Part shown: positions 27,164 to 39,576 of the stretch, one piece after another
Numbering within the stretch: position 1 is the first letter of the stretch
Layout of the letters: each line of letters opens with the position of its first letter
NCBI RefSeq assembly: GCF_006345805.1
Contig: NC_043001.1
Location: 71,734,001-71,798,000, forward strand
Reading direction: 5' to 3'
Length of the DNA stretch: 64,000 nucleotides
From: Octopus sinensis
Taxonomy: Eukaryota
Notes under the pieces: generated by a model
What the model saw: the letters and a program-made list of their open reading frames with translations, nothing else
Told to the model about the DNA's origin: nothing
Database searches by the model: none
Program-made: the position numbers and the translations under genes

Positions 27164-28360
27164 TTAAAAGGCCTCACACATCCTTTCGGGTTCGAGTAAA
27201 CTGCATCCCTGTTGATCTATTAGAGACCGAATGGTGGCTCTGTTGCCACGCTGCGCCTCCGCTACCCGGGCCTCTCGCGCAGCTTCAATCCCTTCGTTCC
27301 TTAAGGCACGCATTTTAGCTCTGACGACGCAACCCTCGTGCTTGGCGTTGAGGTGTTGGTCGAGGGCCATCCTCGCAGCCAGCACGCTGGTTGCGCAGCC
27401 AGTGGTAAGTACCTCTTCAAGTTTCTTAACCAGGTCTCCCTCTACTCTATTTCGATTTATCGCTAATTCCTTGCTAAACCTAACTGATTCCGATTTTATT
27501 GCCATTTTCAGGGCGAACCACCAGCGGTTGTTAACGACGACTGCCGTCAGCGCCCTCTTAATTAACTCGCTAATCCGGTTCCTGTAAACCTGTCGCGCTA
27601 AGAGCGACGTGTTCAGTTTCCAGTAACCGAGACCCTGTCTATGTGTCTTATCTAAGTCGAGCGTACACGTCACAAATTTGTGATCTGTGTAGCTGACTAT
27701 TTTAAATTGTGGACATCCTACACTATCCCTATCCGCTGTCCTGCATAGAATTCTCTCTAGATAAGATCTCGACGATCCGGCGCGGTTTGTCCAAGTCCAC
27801 GTTGGCACGTTCGGATGGTCGAGTCGGAACCTGTCAGACAAATGGAAACGTCTGAGTAGGTCTTTGAGGCACTTACACCCCCTTCTATTCCTATCCATTC
27901 CCACATAATCTAGATGCGTGTCCAAGGTAGCGTTCCAATCCCCTACTAGCAGTAAAGGTCTAGACGTACCCAGGAAAAACTCTAGACGTCTGAAGAAATC
28001 CGCCCGACCCGTTAAATACGGTGCATAAACTGCCATCAGTCGGAATGCACACCCATTTCTGCCATCCACGTCCAAGACAGCCAGCCTACCCTCCGGGTCT
28101 AGGAATATTGTTCTTACTTTTACATTTAGACTCTTTCGAAAAAGTACCGCGGTACCTCCACCACCCATGTTCGGCAGACAGGGAGAAAAATAAATGTCGA
28201 ATTTATCGCCAAACATGGACGCGAGGGCCCGCGGCTTGCTGAGTCTGGTTTCACTGATAGCTACTATATCCACGTTCAGTGACTTGATGTCGTTTAGAAG
28301 GTAACCTTGTTTCCAAGCCGACGCCAAGCCACGCGCATTCACACAACCTAATTTAAGCAT
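27164..28360 (-). pseudogene. ORF2 N-terminal apurinic-like endonuclease (APE) domain
   Basis: VNARGL, AISETRL, VYAP, LVGDWNA, YTDH motifs; the TAA at 27164 is in frame with the downstream RT ORF (nonsense mutation). Confidence 0.92.
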
Positions 28361-28998
28361 AATTGACGTTTAAGAAATTTGTGTTTCACACACTACATTG
28401 GAAGAGACAAGAGGCAAGAGGGAAGGTCACTTACCCATTTCGAAAGTTTCAGTTTTTTCTTCATCTTTTGTAGTGTCTTTGAGGAGATGTTTGAATAGTT
28501 TTTTGGAGAGGTATTTTTGAAACCCCCCTACCGCATTTGGAAATATGGTTTTCAGTGTATGGTGTTGTGTTTGCGTTATGTGTACAATTCTTATGTGTTT
28601 TGGTGGAGTCGTGCGCGGATGATTATTTGTCTTAAAGTCATCTTCGCAGATGTTCGTGTTGGATGCAATGTAATCCATTAGTTTTTTATTGTCCGTGTCT
28701 ATTGCTGTTAGTTGTGTGTGTGGTTTTGCGGGGTCATTGATTTTTTTATTGTCTAAGGGGATGCTGTCCGGAGTTAAATATCCCTCTGCTTTACTTACTT
28801 GTTTGGTGGGCTTTTTTTTGTCTTTTCCTTTTACCCCCTGTGGCTATTTGCCATTCCGTCGAACTTTCGTCGTCCGACGAATCAGAAGGGGGTAAAGGCA
28901 AAGCATTTGCGTTAATATGTATGTTTGTAGAAATTGTTGATGTTTTGTGCGGTGTTTGTGTTGTTGGGGTGTTAGGGGTAGAATTTGTCTTCTCGTCA

Positions 28999-29712
28999 CT
29001 ACTTTCTGTTTTTTTTTGTTGTTGTCGTCCTTGGTGCTGGTGTTGGTCTATATTTTGGTGTTGTTTCAGTATGTTGAATTGGTTGCGACGTCAACGGTGA
29101 TTGTGTTGGTGCTGTTTCTTTTCTTGGTGATGTTGTTGGGGTTTGTTTGCTGGTTTGTTGTTTTTCTTGGCATTGTTCCATCATTGAGTGTGTTGGTGTT
29201 GGTGTTGGTGTTGGCAACAAAGGTTTTTTGTTTGTTTTCTGATTTGTTCTTTCTTGTTTTCTCTGTGCCAGAACGCGCTTTGCAATTAAATGTTCTGGGC
29301 TGCCACAGTTGTAGCATCTTGGGTTTTTGCCTTCTGCTACAACATATAGGCCTTGCCCATTTTCTAAATGGATCCTATCAGGAAGTTTCTCTATAGAGGA
29401 CCCATCAATCTGGATGGTCACTTCTATTGATTTACCACCCCAATTGTCATTTTTGTACTGGACGATTTCTAATATGTTTATCGTTTTTAAATGATAACAT
29501 ATCGCCGATGTTATCCATTTGGGTGATATGTCTGTTGGGACATTTTTAATTGTAATTTTGCTCACTCTTTGGCCTTTGTAATATGGTATCATGATGATTT
29601 CATCATTTTGCAAAGGCTCCGTAGAGTGAGCTTTTGCCACTTCCTGGTTAGGGAAGCGGACCACCACTGTATTAAACTGGGGACCCCAGTTTATATATTC
29701 TTTTACTTTCAT
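28999..29712 (-). pseudogene. ORF1 of the LINE with zinc knuckle
   Basis: CYNCGSPEH knuckle; lies upstream of ORF2; homolog of 12513-13076. Confidence 0.8.
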
Positions 29713-29963
29713 TATGCTTTTTGCACACTTTTCAATGTCCGTTTTTGTGATCTGTTCATTTTGTTTTTTTGGTTTTTTTAATAATTTTATATATAATTGT
29801 TTGGTTTTCTATTTGTTCCTTTATGTGTTGAGGTGTATGCAATACTAAATCCTGCCTTTGGGTTGTGAAGAGTGATCTTGTCTCTATCAACTCTTCATTC
29901 GTGAACTGTATATTGAAAATTAAGTATTTAAATGATTTTAAATATCACTCTCTGCTTTGACTT

Positions 29964-30018
<55 letters not shown>

Positions 30019-30070
30019 TGTGTGTGTGTGTGTGTAAGTATGTATGTAAGTATGTATGTATGTGTATGTA

Positions 30071-30119
<49 letters not shown>

Positions 30120-30126
30120 ATGTATA

Positions 30127-30187
<61 letters not shown>

Positions 30188-30200
30188 TACATATATATAT

Positions 30201-30599
30201 TCTTTTATTCTTTTATTTGCTTCAGTCATTTGACTGTGGCCAAGCTAGAGCACCGCCTTCTTTCGGATAAATCGACCCTAGAACTTATTCTTTGTAAGTC
30301 TAGTACTTATTCTATCGGTCTCTTTTTTCCGAGCCGCTAATTTACTGGAACGCAAACACACCAGCATCGGTTGTCAAGCGATGGTGGGGGGACAAGCACA
30401 GACACACAAACATATACACACACAGACACAAATATATATAAGTATATACAACTGGCTTCTTCCAGTTTCCGCCTACCAAATCTACTCACAAAGCCTTGGT
30501 CGGCCTGAGGCTATAGTAAAAAAACACTCGTCCAAGGAACCCGGAACCATGTAGTTGGTAAGCAAGCTACTTACCACACATCCACTGCTTCGCACGCCT
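30201..30599 (-). mobile_element. SINE family B, full length
   Basis: Reverse complement of the head-microsatellite-tail structure of 37413-37787. Confidence 0.88.
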
Positions 30600-31059
30600 A
30601 TATATCTATATATATATAAGTATAGCATCGAATTTACTAAATGGAAACTATGAGGAAGCTTATCTTGTATGTTTGGATGGAGCGGGAGTGCCTGAGTTTG
30701 TCCACATACCTATTGACAACCAGTGTTGGTGCATTTATGTACCGGTTCAATAACGGTTTGGCAAAAGAGACGCAATAGAATAAGTTCCAGACTAAAACAG
30801 AATTACAAGGATTATTTCGTATAAACCCTTCAAAGATAATCCCCCAGCATAGCCGCAGTCCAATGAGTGAAACAAGTAAATAGTAAATAAAAGAAGAAAG
30901 AAAAAAGGATTAACATACTAACATACTTATATATGTATGTGTATATACATGTATGTGTGTGTATATATATGTATATGTATATACATGCATGTGTGTATAT
31001 ATATATGTATATGTATATACATGTATGTCAGTGCACATATATATATATATAATATATAT

Positions 31060-31091
<32 letters not shown>

Positions 31092-31439
31092 AGCAAATTA
31101 GCTAGTTATAATATCACAAGAAGAGATCAGAGTAGTAACTATACTAACCAGTAAAGTTAATCGCTACATCTGTTCCATGTTACTACTGTTTAACCACATG
31201 TTAACCCCTTTTTAACATGGCTATTCCATGTTACAACTAGTTTAACCCCAGGCAGATCTTCTGCCAGCTGGTTATTGGTACAGCACTAAATCTTGTACAT
31301 ACATATCTATTGCTAGCAGGGGGAGCGAATCCTCTAGTAGACAACTGTTTACTCTTACAGTAAATGTATTAAATAGATATTTATCTTTCATTCGAGTACT
31401 TTTTTGTTGATTCTACCTATATTGGATCTATAAACTCTA

Positions 31440-31475
<36 letters not shown>

Positions 31476-31568
31476 TGTGTGTGTGTATGTGTGAATGTCT
31501 GTGTGTGTGTGTGTGTGTGTGTGTTTATATATATATATATAATATATATATATATATATTATATATAT

Positions 31569-31599
<31 letters not shown>

Positions 31600-31887
31600 G
31601 ATGGCTGTCTACTCGTTAGATGAACATGACCCTCGCTGACATGTAGTGTCAGCAATGTCCGTGCAAGGATTTTATGTCGAGTGTGGCTTGTCCACTCCAC
31701 AACGACTCTCACTAGCAATATCAAAGAACCTAGAGACTAACAAAGTGCAAGATATCCGGGTCAGCAGAGCTCCGGCTTTATATACGAGTTAACCTTCTCC
31801 TAGAGGGATTCCATCACCTTCTGTGGGTATACTGCGTTCTAAGCCACTTACTCGAATATTTCTACGCCCCGGCGCTCATATACTAGT

Positions 31888-32014
31888 TAACCCATAGGTG
31901 GAACCCAACGGGTGCTACTGCTCCAATTCAGAAGTGGCTCCACACTCCTCAAAACCCTGGAACTCCTGAACCGGAGCTCCATTACCGGATGCAGTTTAAA
32001 GTCATAACCAGGAC

Positions 32015-32015
<1 letters not shown>
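31888..32015 (-). mobile_element. Diverged SINE-like repeat fragment
   Basis: Reverse complement gtcctggttatgactttaaactgcatc...gtagcacccgttgggttccacctatgggt resembles a common cephalopod repeat (recalled). Confidence 0.4.
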
Positions 32016-32056
<41 letters not shown>

Positions 32057-32342
32057 GTGTGTGTGTATGTGTATATATATTTATATATATACATACATAT
32101 ATACATACATATATATACAAGTTAAAAATAGGATAAAATCTTTATAAGAATTTATCAAGTAGTTAGCGGGAAAATTTATCAATTATTCCCTTTAAATGTA
32201 TTTATTTATATTAAGGGCATTACTATACATAAGTGCCTCACGCTAGGAGGGACTCTTAAAGTCAAAACTACCATAATAAACACCTTTTACCGAACGCGAG
32301 TGAATGCAACTCTCGAACCGAGTCTTTTAAAAACAGATCCAG

Positions 32343-32404
32343 CTGCAGATCATATGATTTTATAATTAGTGCACAAAATGCACTTTTTTAATCGTCAGTG
32401 CAAG
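32343..32404 (-). ncRNA. Degenerate hammerhead ribozyme motif
   Basis: ttgca CTGACGA [hairpin] AAAA TCATATGA TC tgcag: good stem I and palindromic stem III, but G12 is A. Confidence 0.5.
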
Positions 32405-32472
32405 CGTAATCAAGCATAACCATATACTAATTCCCTTAATATAAATAAATAGATAAATAAATATATATATAT

Positions 32473-33345
32473 ACGTCCTACAACTGCCACCACGGAGGAA
32501 AACATTGATGGTCGACAAGTGATTGGCTATAAATCAAATAGCCAATGCTATTAGCATATTCTGTGAGGAAGTTGAGATTATTCTGTACAATGAACTTGGC
32601 ATGACGAAGGTTTCTGTCACATTTTCTGACAACTGATCAAAAGCGCAACAGGCTAATCACATCACGAGAAAATCTGACACTGAGTCACATCCAACTGGTT
32701 TCCTTGAATGTTTCCTGAGCCAGGATGAGAGTTGGGTTCATCACTCTGAGCCAAGGGTAAAGAGACAATCCATGCAGTGGAAACACACCTCTTCACCTGC
32801 ACTAAAGAAGGCCACGGTCGTTTTATCTACAGGGAAGGTGATGACCTCAGTTTTGCTTTTTTGTTTTTTGTAATGTAAAAAGCATTGTGCTTATTGCCTA
32901 TCTTCAAAAGTACTACACCATCTATAGACAGTATTATGCCAACTTACTGATATCAAGACAGAACGCCCAGGGAAACTGAAGAAAGGGGGTCTTGTTTCAT
33001 GAAGACAATGCTCCAGCACAAAAGTCCTTGCTTTGAATGGTTGCTGTGTGTGACTGTGGCTTTGAATTGGTCGATCACTGTCCCTAGTTTCTTGATTTGG
33101 CCCTATCTGATTAACATTTGTCCCCTAACATGAAAGAACACTTGGCTGAGAACCAGTATCACTGTGATGGTGACGCCATATCTGCTGTTGATGTTTTTAA
33201 GCAACAGGATGAAAATTTCTTTACTAATTGGATTGAAACACTGCAACACCGATGAAAGAAGTGTAGACTGCAAAGGGGACTGCGTTGAAAAATAAATGTC
33301 ATTTGTTCACATTCCATTAGAGTATCTTGATCAGCCTACATGTGT
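32473..33345 (+). pseudogene. Decayed mariner transposase
   Basis: DESWVHHSEP, GVLFHEDNAPA, degenerate YSPDLAP region, GDCVEK* ending. Confidence 0.85.
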
Positions 33346-33993
33346 GTGTGTATTTATATATAGAGAGAGAGGGGGGAGGGAAGGAAAAGAGAGAGAGGGG
33401 GAGAAAAGAGAGAGATGGGGAGAAAAGAGAGAGACGGGGAGAAAAGAGAGAGAGATAGTTGAACCAGCACTTGGTCAACATTCTTTGTAGAGGAGACTGA
33501 AGCAACATGAAATGAAGTATTTTACTGAAATATATAACAAGTTACTTTGAGCAGGTATTGAAGGCGTTATGGTCGTGAAGCCAGTACTCTAACCACGAGG
33601 CCACTTGTCTTCACTATAACATGATAAATATTCTTGAAAACACACAGCAGAATGACACAGACACTCGTGGGAAATTACAATAAACAGGGTTAATTATTCA
33701 TTGAGATTTACCTTTTAATATGAATATCTAATCAATGAACACTATTTATGACACCCACGTAATCAAATATTAATTGATATATTCTTCTCAATAAGTATGT
33801 GTATTTATGCATGTTTGTGTGTGAAGTCTGCGTATTTCAAAGAATAAACATAACGTTGTAATTACATTATATATAATATATATATAGTATTATATATATA
33901 TATATATATGTGGGGGGGGGGGGGTGACCTCGTGAGCACCGCCAGCAATTTTTTTCCTATGTCTTCCCTTCTCGGGATCTTTCCTTCTCCTTT

Positions 33994-34028
33994 GTTTCCG
34001 ACGAAGAGCTCCGCTCGAAACGTTAAAC
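33994..34028 (+). ncRNA. Minimal variant hammerhead in a TA-terminated short repeat (about 33920-34126)
   Basis: gttt CCGACGA A gagc tcc gctc GAAA CG TT aaac: stems I and II perfect, ACGT palindromic stem III; U4 is C and there is an extra A after A9. Confidence 0.6.
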
Positions 34029-34122
34029 CCTCCTTCCCTTCTTTCCTGAGCGTCCAATAATACTTTATTTGTTCCACGTCCTCGCGTTGCTGTGTGCTTT
34101 TTGTGTGTTTTCTTGTTTGGAT

Positions 34123-34187
<65 letters not shown>

Positions 34188-34191
34188 ATAT

Positions 34192-34342
34192 ACAGCAAAA
34201 CAATTTAGATTCAAATGAATATGGTACTTAACTTAGATGCACCAGAATTTTTTTATAGTATTACCCATAAAATTATGTGGGGTGATTATAACCAAAAAAT
34301 AAGCAACAAGAATGGATCGATTCTTGTTGCTTATTTTGGGGT
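34192..34342 (+). mobile_element. Short relative of the 9107 PLE terminus with an 18-bp terminal hairpin
   Basis: cagcaaaa.aatttagattc.aatgaatatggtacttaa matches 9112-9150; aaaataagcaacaagaat-ggatcg-attcttgttgcttatttt. Confidence 0.8.
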
Positions 34343-34510
34343 TATATATATATGCATATATAATTTATAAGTAAGGGAAAAAGAAAAAATTTCTAATCCC
34401 AAAATATGCCGAAAATAGACACTACGTCAATAACCATGTAATTTATCACCACAAGCACGTGCTTCAAAGAAAGCCGACAGAAATTTCCAAAAAAAATTCC
34501 GTTATTACCA

Positions 34511-34564
34511 TATCGGACCCGACTTCAGAGTTAGTTCATAAGAACCTTCTCTTCATCAGTGATA
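34511..34564 (-). ncRNA. Degenerate hammerhead ribozyme motif
   Basis: tatca CTGATGA AGAG..GTTC ttat GAAC..CTCT GAAG TCGG GTC cgata; A15.1 is G. Confidence 0.5.
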
Positions 34565-35771
34565 AATGCGGTAAAGAAATAAGTGAAATACTTACTTATA
34601 CCCATAGAAGAAGCGAGCACTAAGCCACGAGCACAATTAAGTACCCCAAATATATCCAAAATAGAAATTCTCTAGCACAGGATATTTTAAAACTATATGG
34701 AACGCAACAAAACACAGTAGACTATACACGTTCGCCCGTCCAAGTGACGAGGACCTTCTAATCATTTTTGGTGGCTCTGTTTAAAGAGAAAAATATTCAT
34801 GTACCGTCAACTTCACTCTCTCGATCATGACCACCTTCAATCCAGGGGAAAGATTAGATCAATACGACTGGGATGGGAGACAGATACAGTGGTTAACCAA
34901 GCTGTTATTCTTCACAACAGATCACAACATAACATATTAGGACACTACAGAACAAACGGCAATAGTTGGATTGCTGTAGCCACAACTACAGCAACAGAAA
35001 CAACTTCTACTACAGGCATCCAAAGAACATCGCGAATATGATTTCCTATCAGCGAAAAAAGTTGGACGATACAGCTAAATAATGCAGTCACAGCAACAAC
35101 TGCCTCAGAGCGTCTATGGTGTGGGAACTACTCTAAGGTTTGATCAGGATAGTCTGAACAGTCTCTTCTGAATAACATTCAATAAGGTCGTTTGATTATG
35201 GACAATCTCCGAGAATTTTTGACTTAAGAGGGAAGTGGAAAGAATCACCAGTTCCAGTTTATGGCAAGGTCTACAAGCACGGAAATGCCAGCAACCGAAT
35301 CTAATCAAGATGAATGCAAGATAAGGGAATCGTCTTATACACATTTGTACATTATCTGTGCTTTAATGATCCACAGGTTTGTGTTAAAGAGCTGCTATCA
35401 TGTGTCAGGCAGATCCTGCAATCAGCTGTATTAAGATGATCAGCACACCATCTATCCTTTGCCAGACGAAGGGCAGCTAGTTTCCTTGTCTCGTAAATAT
35501 GGCTATATCGGAAACGGCGTCGTCCCTTAGCTCAGTGTGGATTTGTGGCCTAATATGGGGAAAGGGTGAGTGTTGATGTGGCCCTTGATAATATGAAGTT
35601 GTAGGGGGTTTCTGTGGACATACAAGTCTGTAAACTACAAAGGGATTCCAGAATTGCTATCCCGCAGCATGTACTGATAGAAGGGGTTCAAGACTGATAA
35701 TATACTGCAGCATTTCCAGATATTACACATGTGACAGCAGGGTTTTATATAGCAGTAAGGGTCGTTTAGTG

Positions 35772-36105
35772 AAGGCGCATGGCTCAGTGGTTAGAGCGTC
35801 GAGCTTACGATCGTGAGGTTGTGAGTTCGATTCCCGGACCGGGCTGCGTGTTGTGTTCTTGAGCAAGACACTTTGTTTTACGTTTCTCCGGTTAATTCAG
35901 CTGTAGAAATGAGTTGCGACATCACTGGTGCCAAGCTGTATCGGCCTTTGCCTTTCCCTTGGATAACATCAGTGGGGTGGAGAAGGGAGGCTGGTATGCA
36001 TGGGCGACTGCTGGCCTTCCATAAACAATCTTGCCCTTGGCTCGTACCTTGGAGGGTAACTTTCTTGGTGCAATCCCAAGGTCATTCATGACCGAAGGGG
36101 GTCTC
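35772..36105 (+). mobile_element. tRNA-derived SINE family C
   Basis: A box TGGCTCAGTGG, B box GTTCGATTCC, followed by gtgttgtgttcttgagcaagacac; a similar box begins at the window end (63985-64000). Confidence 0.85.
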
Positions 36106-36305
36106 CCATAAGTGTCGTTTAATGACTTTTTTGTCCAGATGAACTAGAGAAATCGAAAGAGAAGCATGGACTGAAACGGCAGATGAGGTCGCCTTGCTGT
36201 GATCTCCAAGTACATACCAGGAAGTCAATGACTGAGAAACTAAGGTCTCACATGCATACGCACACACACCCTCTCTCTCTCTTTCTCTCTCTCTTTCTCT
36301 TTCTG

Positions 36306-36352
<47 letters not shown>

Positions 36353-37412
36353 GTAGTACCATCCCACTATTTTCTGACGATGGAAATGAAGCTGAGACAT
36401 AAGAAGTATGAAAGAAGAACGTAGAAGAACATAAAACCCAAATAGAAGGCGTGCACGGGCCAAGAAGAGAAGCCTACACCTGAGCAATTTAATGTATAAT
36501 TTTTAAAAAAAAAGTTATCGATCCAGTTAATATGGTCGATTCCACACCGTGATTTATATTAACTTCTATCCTTCAGAATCAACTGTTTCACTCCTTTTCC
36601 ATCTCATTTGCCAAATTCCATTTTCAAGGTTTTGGTGATCCGATGCTATTGTTGAAAACGCTTGAGCAAAATGCCATACAGTGGTACCGAACACGAAACT
36701 ATGTTGGTATGAAGTGAAAACCTTAACCATATGACTTTGCCGATGCCCATGAATTTGAATCGCCACTTAATAGAAAGTTTATAGAATTTTTTCTAGAATG
36801 CGGTGATTTTCTGTTTTAATGACCGGATCTGACGAGTGTATCTAAGTTTTTAGAATCTATGCATTTATATTGTTCAAGTTAGCCATGTGTCAGGAATCCA
36901 AGTTTATCTAACTGGCCTCACTAATTAATACTCATTTATAATTTGAGAAATATACTAAGGGTATTTTGAATGCTAATTAAAATGCTGTAGAAGTTAAATT
37001 ATAATTACAAACAAGAAAATCAGATTGCAAGCCTGAAACAGAAACACTATTCCTTACAGCAAAGGTCTAGGTTCTGAAGGCAATTTACATTTGTTACATC
37101 ACGTTCCGCATAGACTAGATCAGTGGGTCATCGTTGGATAGAATCCTTAGCACAAAATTATATAAGTACGTCGAATTTTATAAGGGAATTGCCAGAGAGG
37201 GAATTTCTGTGTTTTATTTGAAAATATAACTAATGAATTTAACACCAAAGACTTAGAGATCAGATTATTTAGAGAACAGGAATGACCTATTGTATGAAAT
37301 AATTGATATTAGAAAACTTGTGAGGGTACTGGATTTAAAAGACAAATTAAAACAATACGAAGTAGGAAGACTAATTTTCAGCCATTAACGAAGTTTTAAT
37401 AGAGTGAGAACC

Positions 37413-37787
37413 AGGCGCAGGAGTGGCTGTGTGGTAAGTAGCTTGCTTACCAACCATGGCACCTTGGGCAAGTGTCTTCTACTATAGCCTCGGGTTGACC
37501 AAAGTTTTGTGAGTGGATTTGGTAGACGGAAACTGAAAGAAGCCCGTCGTATATATGTATATGTACATATGTGTGTGTGTTTGTGTGTCTGTGTTTGTCC
37601 GCCCCCCCCCAACATCGCTTGACAACCGATGCTGGTGTGTTTACGTCCCCGTAACATAGCGGTTCGGCAAAAAGAGACCGATAAAATAAGTACTAGGCTT
37701 ACAAAGAATAAGTCCTGGGGTCGATTTCCTTGACTAAAGGCGGTGCTCCAGCATGGCCGCAGTCAAATGACTGAAACAAGTAAAGAG
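37413..37787 (+). mobile_element. SINE family B, full length reference copy
   Basis: tRNA-like head, ccttgggcaagtgtct box, central TA/TG microsatellite, tail ggcggtgctccagcatggccgcagtcaaatgactgaaac. Confidence 0.9.
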
Positions 37788-38042
37788 TTTGATGGATTTA
37801 CTCCACTGAATCTTTCTTTAAATAGCAACAAAAACACGAGAGACACTTGAATCTCAACGATTTTATTCCCTTGAATGTATGTAAATAGTGATATACGTTT
37901 TACAGTAATGTGATAGTATGGTGTGGCAGTGTGTTAGTATGGTATGGCCGTGTAACGTGGCCGTGAATTTTGGATGTGTAGTACAAGTAAGCATAGTGTA
38001 GTGATGTAGTAAGTTCATGTAGTATAGGTGAGTCTCGCTCTC

Positions 38043-38091
<49 letters not shown>

Positions 38092-38972
38092 TGTGTTCTT
38101 GGGTTATGACAGAATCGTTAAAAATGCAGAACTTCGAATTCTAGCACCTTTATTCCACTGTGGAAGCGAAAATTGATGAATGACTACACGAATAAGAAAA
38201 CTTTACTGTCGATTCTATAACCCAACGTGTTACTTTTATGCATTATCGATATATTTCTTAAATAAAATGCAAAATCGATATTTCTAAATCGCCTGCCATC
38301 CTAACACTTAAGCAATAAATTCAAAATTTTCTATTGAAGTCTTCTAGAATATTCTTCCTTCATTTTATATTAAGTATTGTCTAATTTGTAAGTACTTTAC
38401 ACGCACTGTTTTTTTTAACTTCAACTGATTGAAGACAAGAGACACCTACAGCATATTTATGTGGCGTAAATATGAATTATTGTTTTCTTTATTGTGGGTG
38501 TTCCAACTACTTTAATCTTAAGATTCTTTTGTCGCACTCACAGCAACACGTCCTTATAATTATACATCGTCTAACATCTAAAATCTTTCAGACAACGGCT
38601 CTGAGACAATACTGGTCTATGTTGTTATCTAATATTACTTACTAACTCGCTTCTATAAATTTTAATCCATTCCAAATCAACTAAGTTATATAGTCTTGCA
38701 GTAGAAGTTTGTATGTTATTACCTATGCAACTATATCACGCAACCGCACTACGTTACCACACTGTACGCCACACTATTCAACTATACTATATGTCCATAC
38801 TTGCTATACTATACAAGACAGTGTAGTTAGATTACATATACATTTAAATTAAATGACTTCACACTATCATTCTACACCACCACAATATCAATACAGTAAC
38901 ACAACTTTACTACCTTACCACACTGCACAAGCACACGCATACTATTCTACCAAGCTCTGTTACTACCCACAC

Positions 38973-39214
38973 CAGTGGTTCTCAACTATTTTTTCCCTAT
39001 CGACCCCTTCAATTTCTATTTTACTCAGGTGGACCCTCATAGCCATTTGATTTTTGTTTTTTGAAAATCTCATCAATTTTTGGAATGAAATATTAGAGGA
39101 AGAGCATTAAAAATTTTTTTTTATATTTTTGTATATTGAAGAAACATAAGCAATTTATTGCACAAATTTTAGCAAAAAATATCTTATATTGTGGAACTCA
39201 GTTGAGTACCATTC
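38973..39214. mobile_element. hAT-type MITE
   Basis: TIRs cagtggttctcaac / gttgagtaccattc (Charlie-like). Confidence 0.65.
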
Positions 39215-39331
39215 ATCTAGACTATCACATTATATTTTCACACTTAGCAAACGCATTACTACACACTACTAACAACACTGCACTTCCTCACTACAGTGTC
39301 AGACAACACTTCCACACTTTACAACCCATGT

Positions 39332-39576
39332 CCGGTAAGTTCATGGTCATAAATTCACTGCAGGGAAAGTTCACCGTCATCAATTCACCGTTCTGATTTG
39401 TTTTTGTTCTTTTGTTTTTTGGTGATGGGGATTTCAACAAAATAATTTTAACTATTAATAGTGAGACACTATGGATATATTTTCTTGGTAAACTTACCTC
39501 GTGGTGAACTTTCTTCACAGTGAATTGATAGCGGTGAACTTTCCCAGCAGTAAAGTGATGGCGGTGAACTTACCTG
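39332..39576. mobile_element. Foldback MITE with ~57-bp TIRs built of internal subrepeats
   Basis: ggtaagttca..gggaaagttcaccgtcatcaattcacc / gtgaattgatagcggtgaactttccc..ggtgaacttacc. Confidence 0.75.

Noticed and set aside
35772-35845. tRNA gene
   Set aside because: A and B boxes continue into a SINE body; no complete cloverleaf.
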